Of a stretch of 64,000 bases of DNA, positions 14,301 through 26,600 are shown piece by piece (positions within the stretch are counted from its first letter, which is position 1; the number at the start of each line of letters is the position of its first letter). Origin of the DNA: Eledone cirrhosa (taxonomy: Eukaryota); contig OZ024758.1 in NCBI GenBank assembly GCA_964016885.1, forward strand, positions 36,146,001-36,210,000, in the 5' to 3' direction. Below the pieces are notes generated by a model. That model saw nothing but the letters and a program-made list of their open reading frames with translations, made no database searches and was not told the DNA's origin. The translations under genes were made by a program, and so were the position numbers.

Positions 14301-17300
14301 TTCATGGTACTAGCTGTCAGAAGTAACTCCAATGTTGGTGAGAATTCATTTAAGTTCATTGTATTAGCTGTCAGAAGGAACGCCACTGTTGGTGAGAATT
14401 CATTTAAGTTCATGGTATTAGCTGTCAGAAGTAACTCCACTGTTGGTGAGAATTCATTTAAGTTCATGGTACTAGCTGTCAGAAGTAACTCCAATGTTGG
14501 TGAGAATTCATTTAAGTTCATGGTACTAGCTGTCAGAAGTAACTCCACTGTTGGTGAGAATTCATTTAAGTTCATGGTATTAGCTGTCAGAAGTCACTCC
14601 AATGTTGGTGAGAATTCATTTAAGTTCATGGTATTAGCTGTCAGAAGTCACTCCACTGTTGGTGAGAATTCATTTAAGTTCATGGTACTAGCTGTCAGAA
14701 GTAACCCCAATGTTGGTGAGAATTCATTTAAGTTCATGGTATTAGCTGTCAGAAGTCACTCCAATGTTGGTGAGAATTCATTTAAGTTCATGGTATTAGC
14801 TGTCAGAAGTAACTCCACTGTTGGTGAGAATTCATTTAAGTTCATGGTATTAGCTGTCAGAAGTAACTCCACTGTTGGTGAGAATTCATTTAAGTTCATG
14901 GTATTAGCTGTCAGAAGTAACTCCACTGTTGGTGAGAATTCATTTAAGTCATGGTATTAGCTGTCAGAAGTAACTCCAATGTTGGTGAGAATTCATTTAA
15001 GTTCATGGTATTAGCTGTCAGAAGTCACTCCACTGTTGGTGAGAATTCATTTAAGTTCATGGTACTAGCTGTCAGAAGTAACCCCAATGTTGGTGAGAAT
15101 TCATTTAAGTTCATGGTATTAGCTGTCAGAAGTCACTCCAATGTTGGTGAGAATTCATTTAAGTTCATGGTATTAGCTGTCAGAAGTAACTCCACTGTTG
15201 GTGAGAATTCATTTAAGTTCATGGTATTAGCTGTCAGAAGTAACTCCACTGTTGGTGAGAATTCATTTAAGTTCATGGTATTAGCTGTCAGAAGTAACTC
15301 CACTGTTGGTGAGAATTCATTTAAGTTCATGGTATTAGCTGTCAGAAGGAACTCCAATGTTGGTGAGAATTCATTTAAGTCATGGTACTAGCTGTCAGAA
15401 GTAACTCCACTGTTGGTGAGAATTCATTTAAGTTCATGGTATTAGCTGTCAGAAGGAACGCCACTGTTGGTGAGAATTCATTTAAATTCATGGTATTAGC
15501 TGTCAGAAGTAACTCCACTGTTGGGGAGAATTCATTTAAGTTCATTGTATTAGCTGTCAGAAGGAACGCCACTGTTGGTGAGAATTCATTTAAGTTCATG
15601 GTATTAGCTGTCAGAAGTAACTCCACTGTTGGTGAGAATTCATTTAAGTTCATGGTACTAGCTGTCAGAAGTAACTCCAATGTTGGTGAGAATTCATTTA
15701 AGTTCATGGTATTAGCTGTCAGAAGGAACTCCACTGTTGCTGAGAATTCATTTAAGTTCATGGTATTAGCTGTCAGAAGTAACTCCACTGTTGGTGAGAA
15801 TTCATTTAAGTTCATGGTACTAGCTGTCAGATGTCACTCCACTGTTGGTGAGAATACATTTAAGTTCATGGTACTAGCTGTCAGAAGTAACCCCAATGTT
15901 GGTGAGAATTCATTTAAGTTCATTGTATTAGCTGTCAGAAGTAACTCCACTGTTGGTGAGAATTCATTTAAGTTCATGGTACTAGCTGTCAGAAGTAACT
16001 CCAATGTTGGTGAGAATTCATTTAAGTTCATGGTATTAGCTGTCAGAAGGAACTCCACTGTTGCTGAGAATTCATTTAAGTTCATGGTATTAGCTGTCAG
16101 AAGTAACTCCACTGTTGGTGAGAATTCATTTAAGTTCATGGTACTAGCTGTCAGAAGTCACTCCACTGTTGGTGAGAATACATTTAAGTTCATGGTACTA
16201 GCTGTCAGAAGTAACCCCAATGTTGGTGAGAATTCATTTAAGTTCATGGTATTAGCTGTCAGAAGTCACTCCAATGTTGGTGAGAATTCATTTAAGTTCA
16301 TGGTATTAGCTGTCAGAAGTAACTCCACTGTTGGTAAGAATTCATTTAAGTTCATGGTATTAGCTGTCAGAAGTAACTCCACTGTTGGTGAGAATTCATT
16401 TAAGTTCATGGTATTAGCTGTCAGAAGTAACTCCACTGTTGGTGAGAATTCATTTAAGTTCATGGTACTAGCTGTCAGAAGTAACTCCACTGTTGGTGAG
16501 AATTCATTTAAGTTCATGGTATTAGCTGTCAGAAGTCACTCCAATGTTGGTGAGAATTCATTTAAGTTCATGGTATTAGCTGTCAGAAGTCACTCCACTG
16601 TTGGTGAGAATTCATTTAAGTTCATGGTACTAGCTGTCAGAAGTAACCCCAATGTTGGTGAGAATTCATTGAAGTTCATGGTATTAGCTGTCAGAAGTCA
16701 CTCCAATGTTGGTGAGAATTCATTTAAGTTCATGGTATTAGCTGTCAGAAGTAACTCCACTGTTGGTGAGAATTCATTTAAGTTCATGGTATTAGCTGTC
16801 AGAAGTAACTCCACTGTTGGTGAGAATTCATTTAAGTTCATGGTATTAGCTGTCAGAAGTAACTCCACTGTTGGTGAGAATTCATTTAAGTCATGGTATT
16901 AGCTGTCAGAAGTAACTCCAATGTTGGTGAGAATTCATTTAAGTTCATGGTATTAGCTGTCAGAAGTCACTCCACTGTTGGTGAGAATTCATTTAAGTTC
17001 ATGGTACTAGCTGTCAGAAGTAACCCCAATGTTGGTGAGAATTCATTTAAGTTCATGGTATTAGCTGTCAGAAGTCACTCCAATGTTGGTGAGAATTCAT
17101 TTAAGTTCATGGTATTAGCTGTCAGAAGTAACTCCACTGTTGGTGAGAATTCATTTAAGTTCATGGTATTAGCTGTCAGAAGTAACTCCACTGTTGGTGA
17201 GAATTCATTTAAGTTCATGGTATTAGCTGTCAGAAGTAACTCCACTGTTGGTGAGAATTCATTTAAGTTCATGGTATTAGCTGTCAGAAGGAACTCCAAT

Positions 17301-17647
17301 GTTGGTGAGAATTCATTTAAGTCATGGTACTAGCTGTCAGAAGTAACTCCACTGTTGGTGAGAATTCATTTAAGTTCATGGTATTAGCTGTCAGAAGGAA
17401 CGCCACTGTTGGTGAGAATTCATTTAAATTCATGGTATTAGCTGTCAGAAGTAACTCCACTGTTGGTGAGAATTCATTTAAGTTCATTGTATTAGCTGTC
17501 AGAAGGAACGCCACTGTTGGTGAGAATTCATTTAAGTTCATGGTATTAGCTGTCAGAAGTAACTCCACTGTTGGTGAGAATTCATTTAAGTTCATGGTAC
17601 TAGCTGTCAGAAGTAACTCCAATGTTGGTGAGAATTCATTTAAGTTC
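11337..17647 (+). repeat. Higher-order duplication, offset 3452 bp (64 monomers): ~11337-14195 repeated at ~14789-17647
   Basis: Junctions 11499/14951, 11930/15382, 13441/16893 and 13872/17324. Shared rare variants cattgaag (13219/16671), ggggag (12073/15525) and agatgtcac (~12380/~15832). Confidence 0.92.
14034..14519 (+). repeat. Tandem trimer triplication (3 x 162 bp)
   Basis: The attgta...aggaacgcc monomer starts at 14034, 14196 and 14358, each followed by the same two monomers. Confidence 0.9.
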
Positions 17648-20600
17648 ATGGTATTAGCTGTCAGAAGGAACTCCACTGTTGCTGAGAATTCATTTAAGTT
17701 CATGGTATTAGCTGTCAGAAGTAACTCCACTGTTGGTGAGAATTCATTTAAGTTCATGGTACTAGCTGTCAGAAGTCACTCCACTGTTGGTGAGAATACA
17801 TTTAAGTTCATGGTACTAGCTGTCAGAAGTAACCCCAATGTTGGTGAGAATTCATTTAAGTTCATGGTATTAGCTGTCAGAAGTAACTCCACTGTTGGTG
17901 AGAATTCATTTAAGTTCATGGTACTAGCTGTCAGAAGTAACTCCAATGTTGGTGAGAATTCATTTAAGTTCATGGTATTAGCTGTCAGAAGGAACTCCAC
18001 TGTTGCTGAGAATTCATTTAAGTTCATGGTATTAGCTGTCAGAAGTAACTCCACTGTTGGTGAGAATTCATTTAAGTTCATGGTACTAGCTGTCAGAAGT
18101 CACTCCACTGTTGGTGAGAATACATTTAAGTTCATGGTACTAGCTGTCAGAAGTAACCCCAATGTTGGTGAGAATTCATTTAAGTTCATGGTATTAGCTG
18201 TCAGAAGTCACTCCAATGTTGGTGAGAATTCATTTAAGTTCATGGTATTAGCTGTCAGAAGTAACTCCACTGTTGGTAAGAATTCATTTAAGTTCATGGT
18301 ATTAGCTGTCAGAAGTAACTCCACTGTTGGTGAGAATTCATTTAAGTTCATGGTATTAGCTGTCAGAAGGAACGCCACTGTTGGTGAGAATTCATTTAAG
18401 TTCATGGTATTAGCTGTCAGAAGTAACTCCACTGTTGGTGAGAATTCATTTAAGTTCATGGTACTAGCTGTCAGAAGTAACTCCACTGTTGGTGAGAATT
18501 CATTTAAGTTCATGGTATTAGCTGTCAGAAGTCACTCCAATGTTGGTGAGAATTCATTTAAGTTCATGGTATTAGCTGTCAGAAGTCACTCCACTGTTGG
18601 TGAGAATTCATTTAAGTTCATGGTACTAGCTGTCAGAAGTAACCCCAATGTTGGTGAGAATTCATTTAAGTTCATGGTATTAGCTGTCAGAAGTCACTCC
18701 AATGTTGGTGAGAATTCATTTAAGTTCATGGTATTAGCTGTCAGAAGTCACTCCAATGTTGGTGAGAATTCATTTAAGTTCATGGTATTAGCTGTCAGAA
18801 GTCACTCCACTGTTGGTGAGAATTCATTTAAGTTCATGGTACTAGCTGTCAGAAGTAACCCCAATGTTGGTGAGAATTCATTTAAGTTCATGGTATTAGC
18901 TGTCAGAAGTCACTCCAATGTTGGTGAGAATTCATTTAAGTTCATGGTATTAGCTGTCAGAAGTAACTCCACTGTTGGTGAGAATTCATTTAAGTTCATG
19001 GTATTAGCTGTCAGAAGTAACTCCACTGTTGGTGAGAATTCATTTAAGTTCATGGTATTAGCTGTCAGAAGTCACTCCACTGTTGGTGAGAATTCATTTA
19101 AGTTCATGGTACTAGCTGTCAGAAGTAACCCCAATGTTGGTGAGAATTCATTTAAGTTCATGGTATTAGCTGTCAGAAGTCACTCCAATGTTGGTGAGAA
19201 TTCATTTAAGTTCATGGTATTAGCTGTCAGAAGTAACTCCACTGTTGGTGAGAATTCATTTAAGTCATGGTATTAGCTGTCAGAAGTAACTCCAATGTTG
19301 GTGAGAATTCATTTAAGTTCATGGTATTAGCTGTCAGAAGTCACTCCACTGTTGGTGAGAATTCATTTAAGTTCATGGTACTAGCTGTCAGAAGTAACCC
19401 CAATGTTGGTGAGAATTCATTTAAGTTCATGGTATTAGCTGTCAGAAGTCACTCCAATGTTGGTGAGAATTCATTTAAGTTCATGGTATTAGCTGTCAGA
19501 AGTAACTCCACTGTTGGTGAGAATTCATTTAAGTTCATGGTATTAGCTGTCAGAAGTAACTCCACTGTTGGTGAGAATTCATTTAAGTTCATGGTATTAG
19601 CTGTCAGAAGTAACTCCACTGTTGGTGAGAATTCATTTAAGTCATGGTATTAGCTGTCAGAAGTAACTCCAATGTTGGTGAGAATTCATTTAAGTTCATG
19701 GTATTAGCTGTCAGAAGTCACTCCACTGTTGGTGAGAATTCATTTAAGTTCATGGTACTAGCTGTCAGAAGTAACCCCAATGTTGGTGAGAATTCATTTA
19801 AGTTCATGGTATTAGCTGTCAGAAGTCACTCCAATGTTGGTGAGAATTCATTTAAGTTCATGGTATTAGCTGTCAGAAGTAACTCCACTGTTGGTGAGAA
19901 TTCATTTAAGTTCATGGTATTAGCTGTCAGAAGTAACTCCACTGTTGGTGAGAATTCATTTAAGTTCATGGTATTAGCTGTCAGAAGTAACTCCACTGTT
20001 GGTGAGAATTCATTTAAGTTCATGGTATTAGCTGTCAGAAGGAACTCCAATGTTGGTGAGAATTCATTTAAGTCATGGTACTAGCTGTCAGAAGTAACTC
20101 CACTGTTGGTGAGAATTCATTTAAGTTCATGGTATTAGCTGTCAGAAGGAACGCCACTGTTGGTGAGAATTCATTTAAATTCATGGTATTAGCTGTCAGA
20201 AGTAACTCCACTGTTGGTGAGAATTCATTTAAGTTCATGGTACTAGCTGTCAGAAGTAACTCCAATGTTGGTGAGAATTCATTTAAGTTCATGGTATTAG
20301 CTGTCAGAAGTAACTCCACTGTTGGTGAGAATTCATTTAAGTTCATGGTATTAGCTGTCAGAAGTCACTCCAATGTTGGTGAGAATTCATTTAAGTCATG
20401 GTACTAGCTGTCAGAAGTAACTCCACTGTTGGTGAGAATTCATTTAAGTTCATTGTATTGGCTGTCAGAAGGAACGCCACTGTTGGTGAGAATTCATTTA
20501 AGTTCATGGTATTAGCTGTCAGAAGTAACTCCACTGTTGGTGAGAATTCATTTAAGTTCATGGTACTAGCTGTCAGAAGTAACTCCAATGTTGGTGAGAA

Positions 20601-23600
20601 TTCATTTAATTTCATGGTATTAGCTGTCAGAAGGAACTCCACTGTTGCTGAGAATTCATTTAAGTTCATGGTATTAGCTGTCAGAAGTAACTCCACTGTT
20701 GGTGAGAATTCATTTAAGTTCATGGTACTAGCTGTCAGAAGTCACTCCACTGTTGGTGAGAATACATTTAAGTTCATGGTACTAGCTGTCAGAAGTAACC
20801 CCAATGTTGGTGAGAATTCATTTAAGTTCATGGTATTAGCTGTCAGAAGTCACTCCAATGTTGGTGAGAATTCATTTAAGTTCATGGTATTAGCTGTCAG
20901 AAGTAACTCCACTGTTGGTAAGAATTCATTTAAGTTCATGGTATTAGCTGTCAGAAGTAACTCCACTGTTGGTGAGAATTCATTTAAGTTCATGGTATTA
21001 GCTGTCAGAAGTAACTCCACTGTTGGTGAGAATTCATTTAAGTTCATGGTACTAGCTGTCAGAAGTAACTCCACTGTTGGTGAGAATTCATTTAAGTTCA
21101 TGGTATTAGCTGTCAGAAGTCACTCCAATGTTGGTGAGAATTCATTTAAGTTCATGGTATTAGCTGTCAGAAGTCACTCCACTGTTGGTGAGAATTCATT
21201 TAAGTTCATGTTACTAGCTGTCAGAAGTAACCCCAATGTTGGTGAGAATTCATTTAAGTTCATGGTATTAGCTGTCAGAAGTCACTCCAATGTTGGTGAG
21301 AATTCATTTAAGTTCATGGTATTAGCTGTCAGAAGTAACTCCACTGTTGGTGAGAATTCATTTAAGTTCATGGTATTAGCTGTCAGAAGTAACTCCACTG
21401 TTGGTGAGAATTCATTTAAGTCATGGTATTAGCTGTCAGAAGTAACTCCAATGTTGGTGAGAATTCATTTAAGTTCATGGTATTAGCTGTCAGAAGTCAC
21501 TCCACTGTTGGTGAGAATTCATTTAAGTTCATGGTACTAGCTGTCAGAAGTAACCCCAATGTTGGTGAGAATTCATTTAAGTTCATGGTATTAGCTGTCA
21601 GAAGTCACTCCAATGTTGGTGAGAATTCATTTAAGTTCATGGTATTAGCTGTCAGAAGTAACTCCACTGTTGGTGAGAATTCATTTAAGTTCATGGTATT
21701 AGCTGTCAGAAGTAACTCCACTGTTGGTGAGAATTCATTTAAGTTCATGGTATTAGCTGTCAGAAGGAACGCCACTGTTGGTGAGAATTCATTTAAATTC
21801 ATGGTATTAGCTGTCAGAAGTAACTCCACTGTTGGTGAGAATTCATTTAAGTTCATGGTACTAGCTGTCAGAAGTAACTCCAATGTTGGTGAGAATTCAT
21901 TTAAGTTCATGGTATTAGCTGTCAGAAGGAATTCCACTGTTGCTGAGAATTCATTTAAGTTCATGGTATTAGCTGTCAGAAGTAACTCCACTGTTGGTGA
22001 GAATTCATTTAAGTTCATGGTACTAGCTGTCAGAAGTAACTCCACTGTTGGTGAGAATTCATTTAAGTTCATGGTATTAGCTGTCAGAAGTCACTCCAAT
22101 GTTGGTGAGAATTCATTTAAGTTCATGGTATTAGCTGTCAGAAGTCACTCCACTGTTGGTGAGAATACATTTAAGTTCATGGTACTAGCTGTCAGAAGTA
22201 ACCCCAATGTTGGTGAGAATTCATTTAAGTTCATGGTATTAGCTGTCAGAAGTAACTCCACTGTTGGTGAGAATTCATTTAAGTTCATGGTACTAGCTGT
22301 CAGAAGTCACTCCACTGTTGGTGAGAATACATTTAAGTTCATGGTACTAGCTGTCAGAAGTAACCCCAATGTTGGTGAGAATTCATTTAAGTTCATGGTA
22401 TTAGCTGTCAGAAGTCACTCCAATGTTGGTGAGAATTCATTTAAGTTCATGGTATTAGCTGTCAGAAGTAACTCCACTGTTGGTAAGAATTCATTTAAGT
22501 TCATGGTATTAGCTGTCAGAAGTAACTCCACTGTTGGTGAGAATTCATTTAAGTTCAGGGTATTAGCTGTCAGAAGGAACGCCACTGTTGGTGAGAATTC
22601 ATTTAAGTTCATGGTATTAGCTGTCAGAAGTAACTCCACTGTTGGTGAGAATTCATTTAAGTTCATGGTACTAGCTGTCAGAAGTAACTCCACTGTTGGT
22701 GAGAATTCATTTAAGTTCATGGTATTAGCTGTCAGAAGTCACTCCAATGTTGGTGAGAATTCATTTAAGTTCATGGTATTAGCTGTCAGAAGTCACTCCA
22801 CTGTTGGTGAGAATTCATTTAAGTTCATGGTACTAGCTGTCAGAAGTAACCCCAATGTTGGTGAGAATTCATTTAAGTTCATGGTATTAGCTGTCAGAAG
22901 TCACTCCAATGTTGGTGAGAATTCATTTAAGTTCATGGTATTAGCTGTCAGAAGTCACTCCAATGTTGGTGAGAATTCATTTAAGTTCATGGTATTAGCT
23001 GTCAGAAGTAACTCCACTGTTGGTGAGAATTCATTTAAGTCATGGTATTAGCTGTCAGAAGTAACTCCAATGTTGGTGAGAATTCATTTAAGTTCATGGT
23101 ATTAGCTGTCAGAAGTCACTCCACTGTTGGTGAGAATTCATTTAAGTTCATGGTACTAGCTGTCAGAAGTAACCCCAATGTTGGTGAGAATTCATTTAAG
23201 TTCATGGTATTAGCTGTCAGAAGTCACTCCAATGTTGGTGAGAATTCATTTAAGTTCATGGTATTAGCTGTCAGAAGTAACTCCACTGTTGGTGAGAATT
23301 CATTTAAGTTCATGGTATTAGCTGTCAGAAGTAACTCCACTGTTGGTGAGAATTCATTTAAGTTCATGGTATTAGCTGTCAGAAGGAACTCCAATGTTGG
23401 TGAGAATTCATTTAAGTCATGGTACTAGCTGTCAGAAGTAACTCCACTGTTGGTGAGAATTCATTTAAGTTCATGGTATTAGCTGTCAGAAGGAACGCCA
23501 CTGTTGGTGAGAATTCATTTAAATTCATGGTATTAGCTGTCAGAAGTAACTCCACTGTTGGTGAGAATTCATTTAAGTTCATGGTACTAGCTGTCAGAAG

Positions 23601-26600
23601 TAACTCCAATGTTGGTGAGAATTCATTTAAGTTCATGGTATTAGCTGTCAGAAGTAACTCCACTGTTGGTGAGAATTCATTTAAGTTCATGGTATTAGCT
23701 GTCAGAAGTCACTCCAATGTTGGTGAGAATTCATTTAAGTCATGGTACTAGCTGTCAGAAGTAACTCCACTGTTGGTGAGAATTCATTTAAGTTCATTGT
23801 ATTAGCTGTCAGAAGGAACGCCACTGTTGGTGAGAATTCATTTAAGTTCATGGTATTAGCTGTCAGAAGTAACTCCACTGTTGGTGAGAATTCATTTAAG
23901 TTCATGGTACTAGCTGTCAGAAGTAACTCCAATGTTGGTGAGAATTCATTTAAGTTCATGGTATTAGCTGTCAGAAGTCACTCCAATGTTGGTGAGAATT
24001 CATTTAAGTCATGGTACTAGCTGTCAGAAGTAACTCCACTGTTGGTGAGAATTCATTTAAGCTCATTGTATTAGCTGTCAGAAGGAACGCCACTGTTGGT
24101 GAGAATTCATTTAAGTTCATGGTATTAGCTGTCAGAAGTAACTCCACTGTTGGTGAGAATTCATTTAAGTTCATGGTACTAGCTGTCAGAAGTAACTCCA
24201 ATGTTGGTGAGAATTCATTTAAGTTCATGGTATTAGCTGTCAGAAGGAACTCCACTGTTGCTGAGAATTCATTTAAGTTCATGGTATTAGCTGTCAGAAG
24301 TAACTCCACTGTTGGTGAGAATTCATTTAAGTTCATGGTACTAGCTGTCAGAAGTCACTCCACTGTTGGTGAGAATACATTTAAGTTCATGGTACTAGCT
24401 GTCAGAAGTAACCCCAATGTTGGTGAGAATTCATTTAAGTTCATGGTACTAGCTGTCAGATGTAACTCCACTGTTGGTGAGAATTCATTTAAGTTCATGG
24501 TATTAGCTGTCAGAAGGAACGCCACTGTTGGTGAGAATTCATTTAAGTTCATGGTATTAGCTGTCAGAAGTAACTCCACTGTTGGTGAGAATTCATTTAA
24601 GTTCATGGTACTAGCTGACAGAAGTAACTCCAATGTTGGTGAGAATTCATTTAAGTTCATGGTATTAGCTGTCAGAAGGAACTCCACTGTTGGTGAGAAT
24701 TCATTTAAGTTCATGGTATTAGCTGTCAGAAGTAACTCCACTGTTGGTGAGAATTCATTTAAGTCATGGTATTAACTGTCAGAAGTAACTCCATTGTTGG
24801 TGAGAATTCATTTAAGTCATGGTACTAGCTGTCAGAAGTAACTCCAATGTTGGTGAGAATTCATTTAAGTCATGGTACTAGCTGTCAGAAGCAACTCCAA
24901 TGTTGGTGAGAATTCATTTAAGTTCATGTTATTAGCTGTCAGAAGGAACTCCACTGTTGGTGAGAATACATTTAAGTTCATGGTACTAGCTGTCAGAAGT
25001 AACCCCAATGTTGGTGAGAATTCATTTAAGTTCATGGTATTAGCTGTCAGAAGTCACTCCAATGTTGGTGAGAATTCATTTAAGTTCATGGTATTAGCTG
25101 TCAGAAGTAACTCCACTGTTGGTAAGAATTCATTTAAGTTCATGGTATTAGCTGTCAGAAGTAACTCCACTGTTGGTGAGAATTCATTTAAGTTCATGGT
25201 ATTAGCTCTCAGAAGGAACGCCACTGTTGGTGAGAATTCATTTAAGTTCATGGTATTAGCTGTCAGAAGTAACTCCACTGTTGGTGAGAATTCATTTACG
25301 TTCATGGTACTAGCTGTCAGAAGTAATTCCAATGTTGGTGAGAATTCATTTAAGTTCATGGTATTAGCTGTCAGAAGGAACTCCACTGTTGGTGAGAATT
25401 CATTTAAGTTCATGGTATTAGCTGTCAGAATGAACTCCAATGTTGGTGAGAATTCATTTAAGTCATGGTACTAGCTGTCAGAAGTAACTCCACTGTTGGT
25501 GAGAATTCATTTAAGTTCATGGTATTAGCTGTCAGAAGGAACGCCACTGTTGGTGAGAATTCATTTAAGTTCATGGTATTAGCTGTCAGAAGTAACTCCA
25601 CTGTTGGTGAGAATTCATTTAAGTTCATGGTACTAGCTGTCAGAAGTAACTCCAATGTTGGTGAGAATTCATTTAAGTTCATGGTATTAGCTGTCAGAAG
25701 GAACTCCACTGTTGGTGAGAATTCATTTAAGTTCATGGTATTAGCTGTCAGAAGTAACTCCACTGTTGGTGAGAATTCATTTAAGTCATGGTATTAGCTG
25801 TCAGAAGTAACTCCATTGTTGGTGAGAATTCATTTAAGTCATGGTACTAGCTGTCAGAAGTAACTCCAATGTTGGTGAGAATTCATTTAAGTCATGGTAC
25901 TAGCTGTCAGAAGTAACTCCAATGTTGGTGAGAATTCATTTAAGTTCATGTTATTAGCTGTCAGAAGGAACTCCACTGTTGGTGAGAATACATTTAAGTT
26001 CATGGTACTAGCTGTCAGAAGTAACCCCAATGTTGGTGAGAATTCATTTAAGTTCATGGTATTAGCTGTCAGAAGTAACGCCACTGTTGGTGAGAATTCA
26101 TTTAAGTTCATGGTATTAGCTGTCAGAAGTAACTCCACTGTTGGTGAGAATTCATTTAAGTTCATGGTACTAGCTGTCAGAAGTAACTCCAATGTTGGTG
26201 AGAATTCATTTAAGTTCATGGTATTAGCTGTCAGAAGTCACTCCAATGTTGGTGAGAATTCATTTAAGTTCATGGTATTAGCTGTCAGAAGTCACTCCAC
26301 TGTTGGTGAGAATTCATTTAAGTTCATGGTACTAGCTGTCAGAAGTAACCCCAATATTGGTGAGAATTCATTTAAGTTCATGGTATTAGCTGTCAGAAGT
26401 CACTCCAATGTTGGCGAGAATTCATTTAAGTTCATGGTATTAGCTGTCAGAAGTAACTCCACTGTTGGTGAGAATTCATTTAAGTTCATGGTATTAGCTG
26501 TCAGAAGTAACTCCACTGTTGGTGAGAATTCATTTAAGTCATGGTATTAGCTGTCAGAAGTAACTCCAATGTTGGTGAGAATTCATTTAAGTTCATGGTA

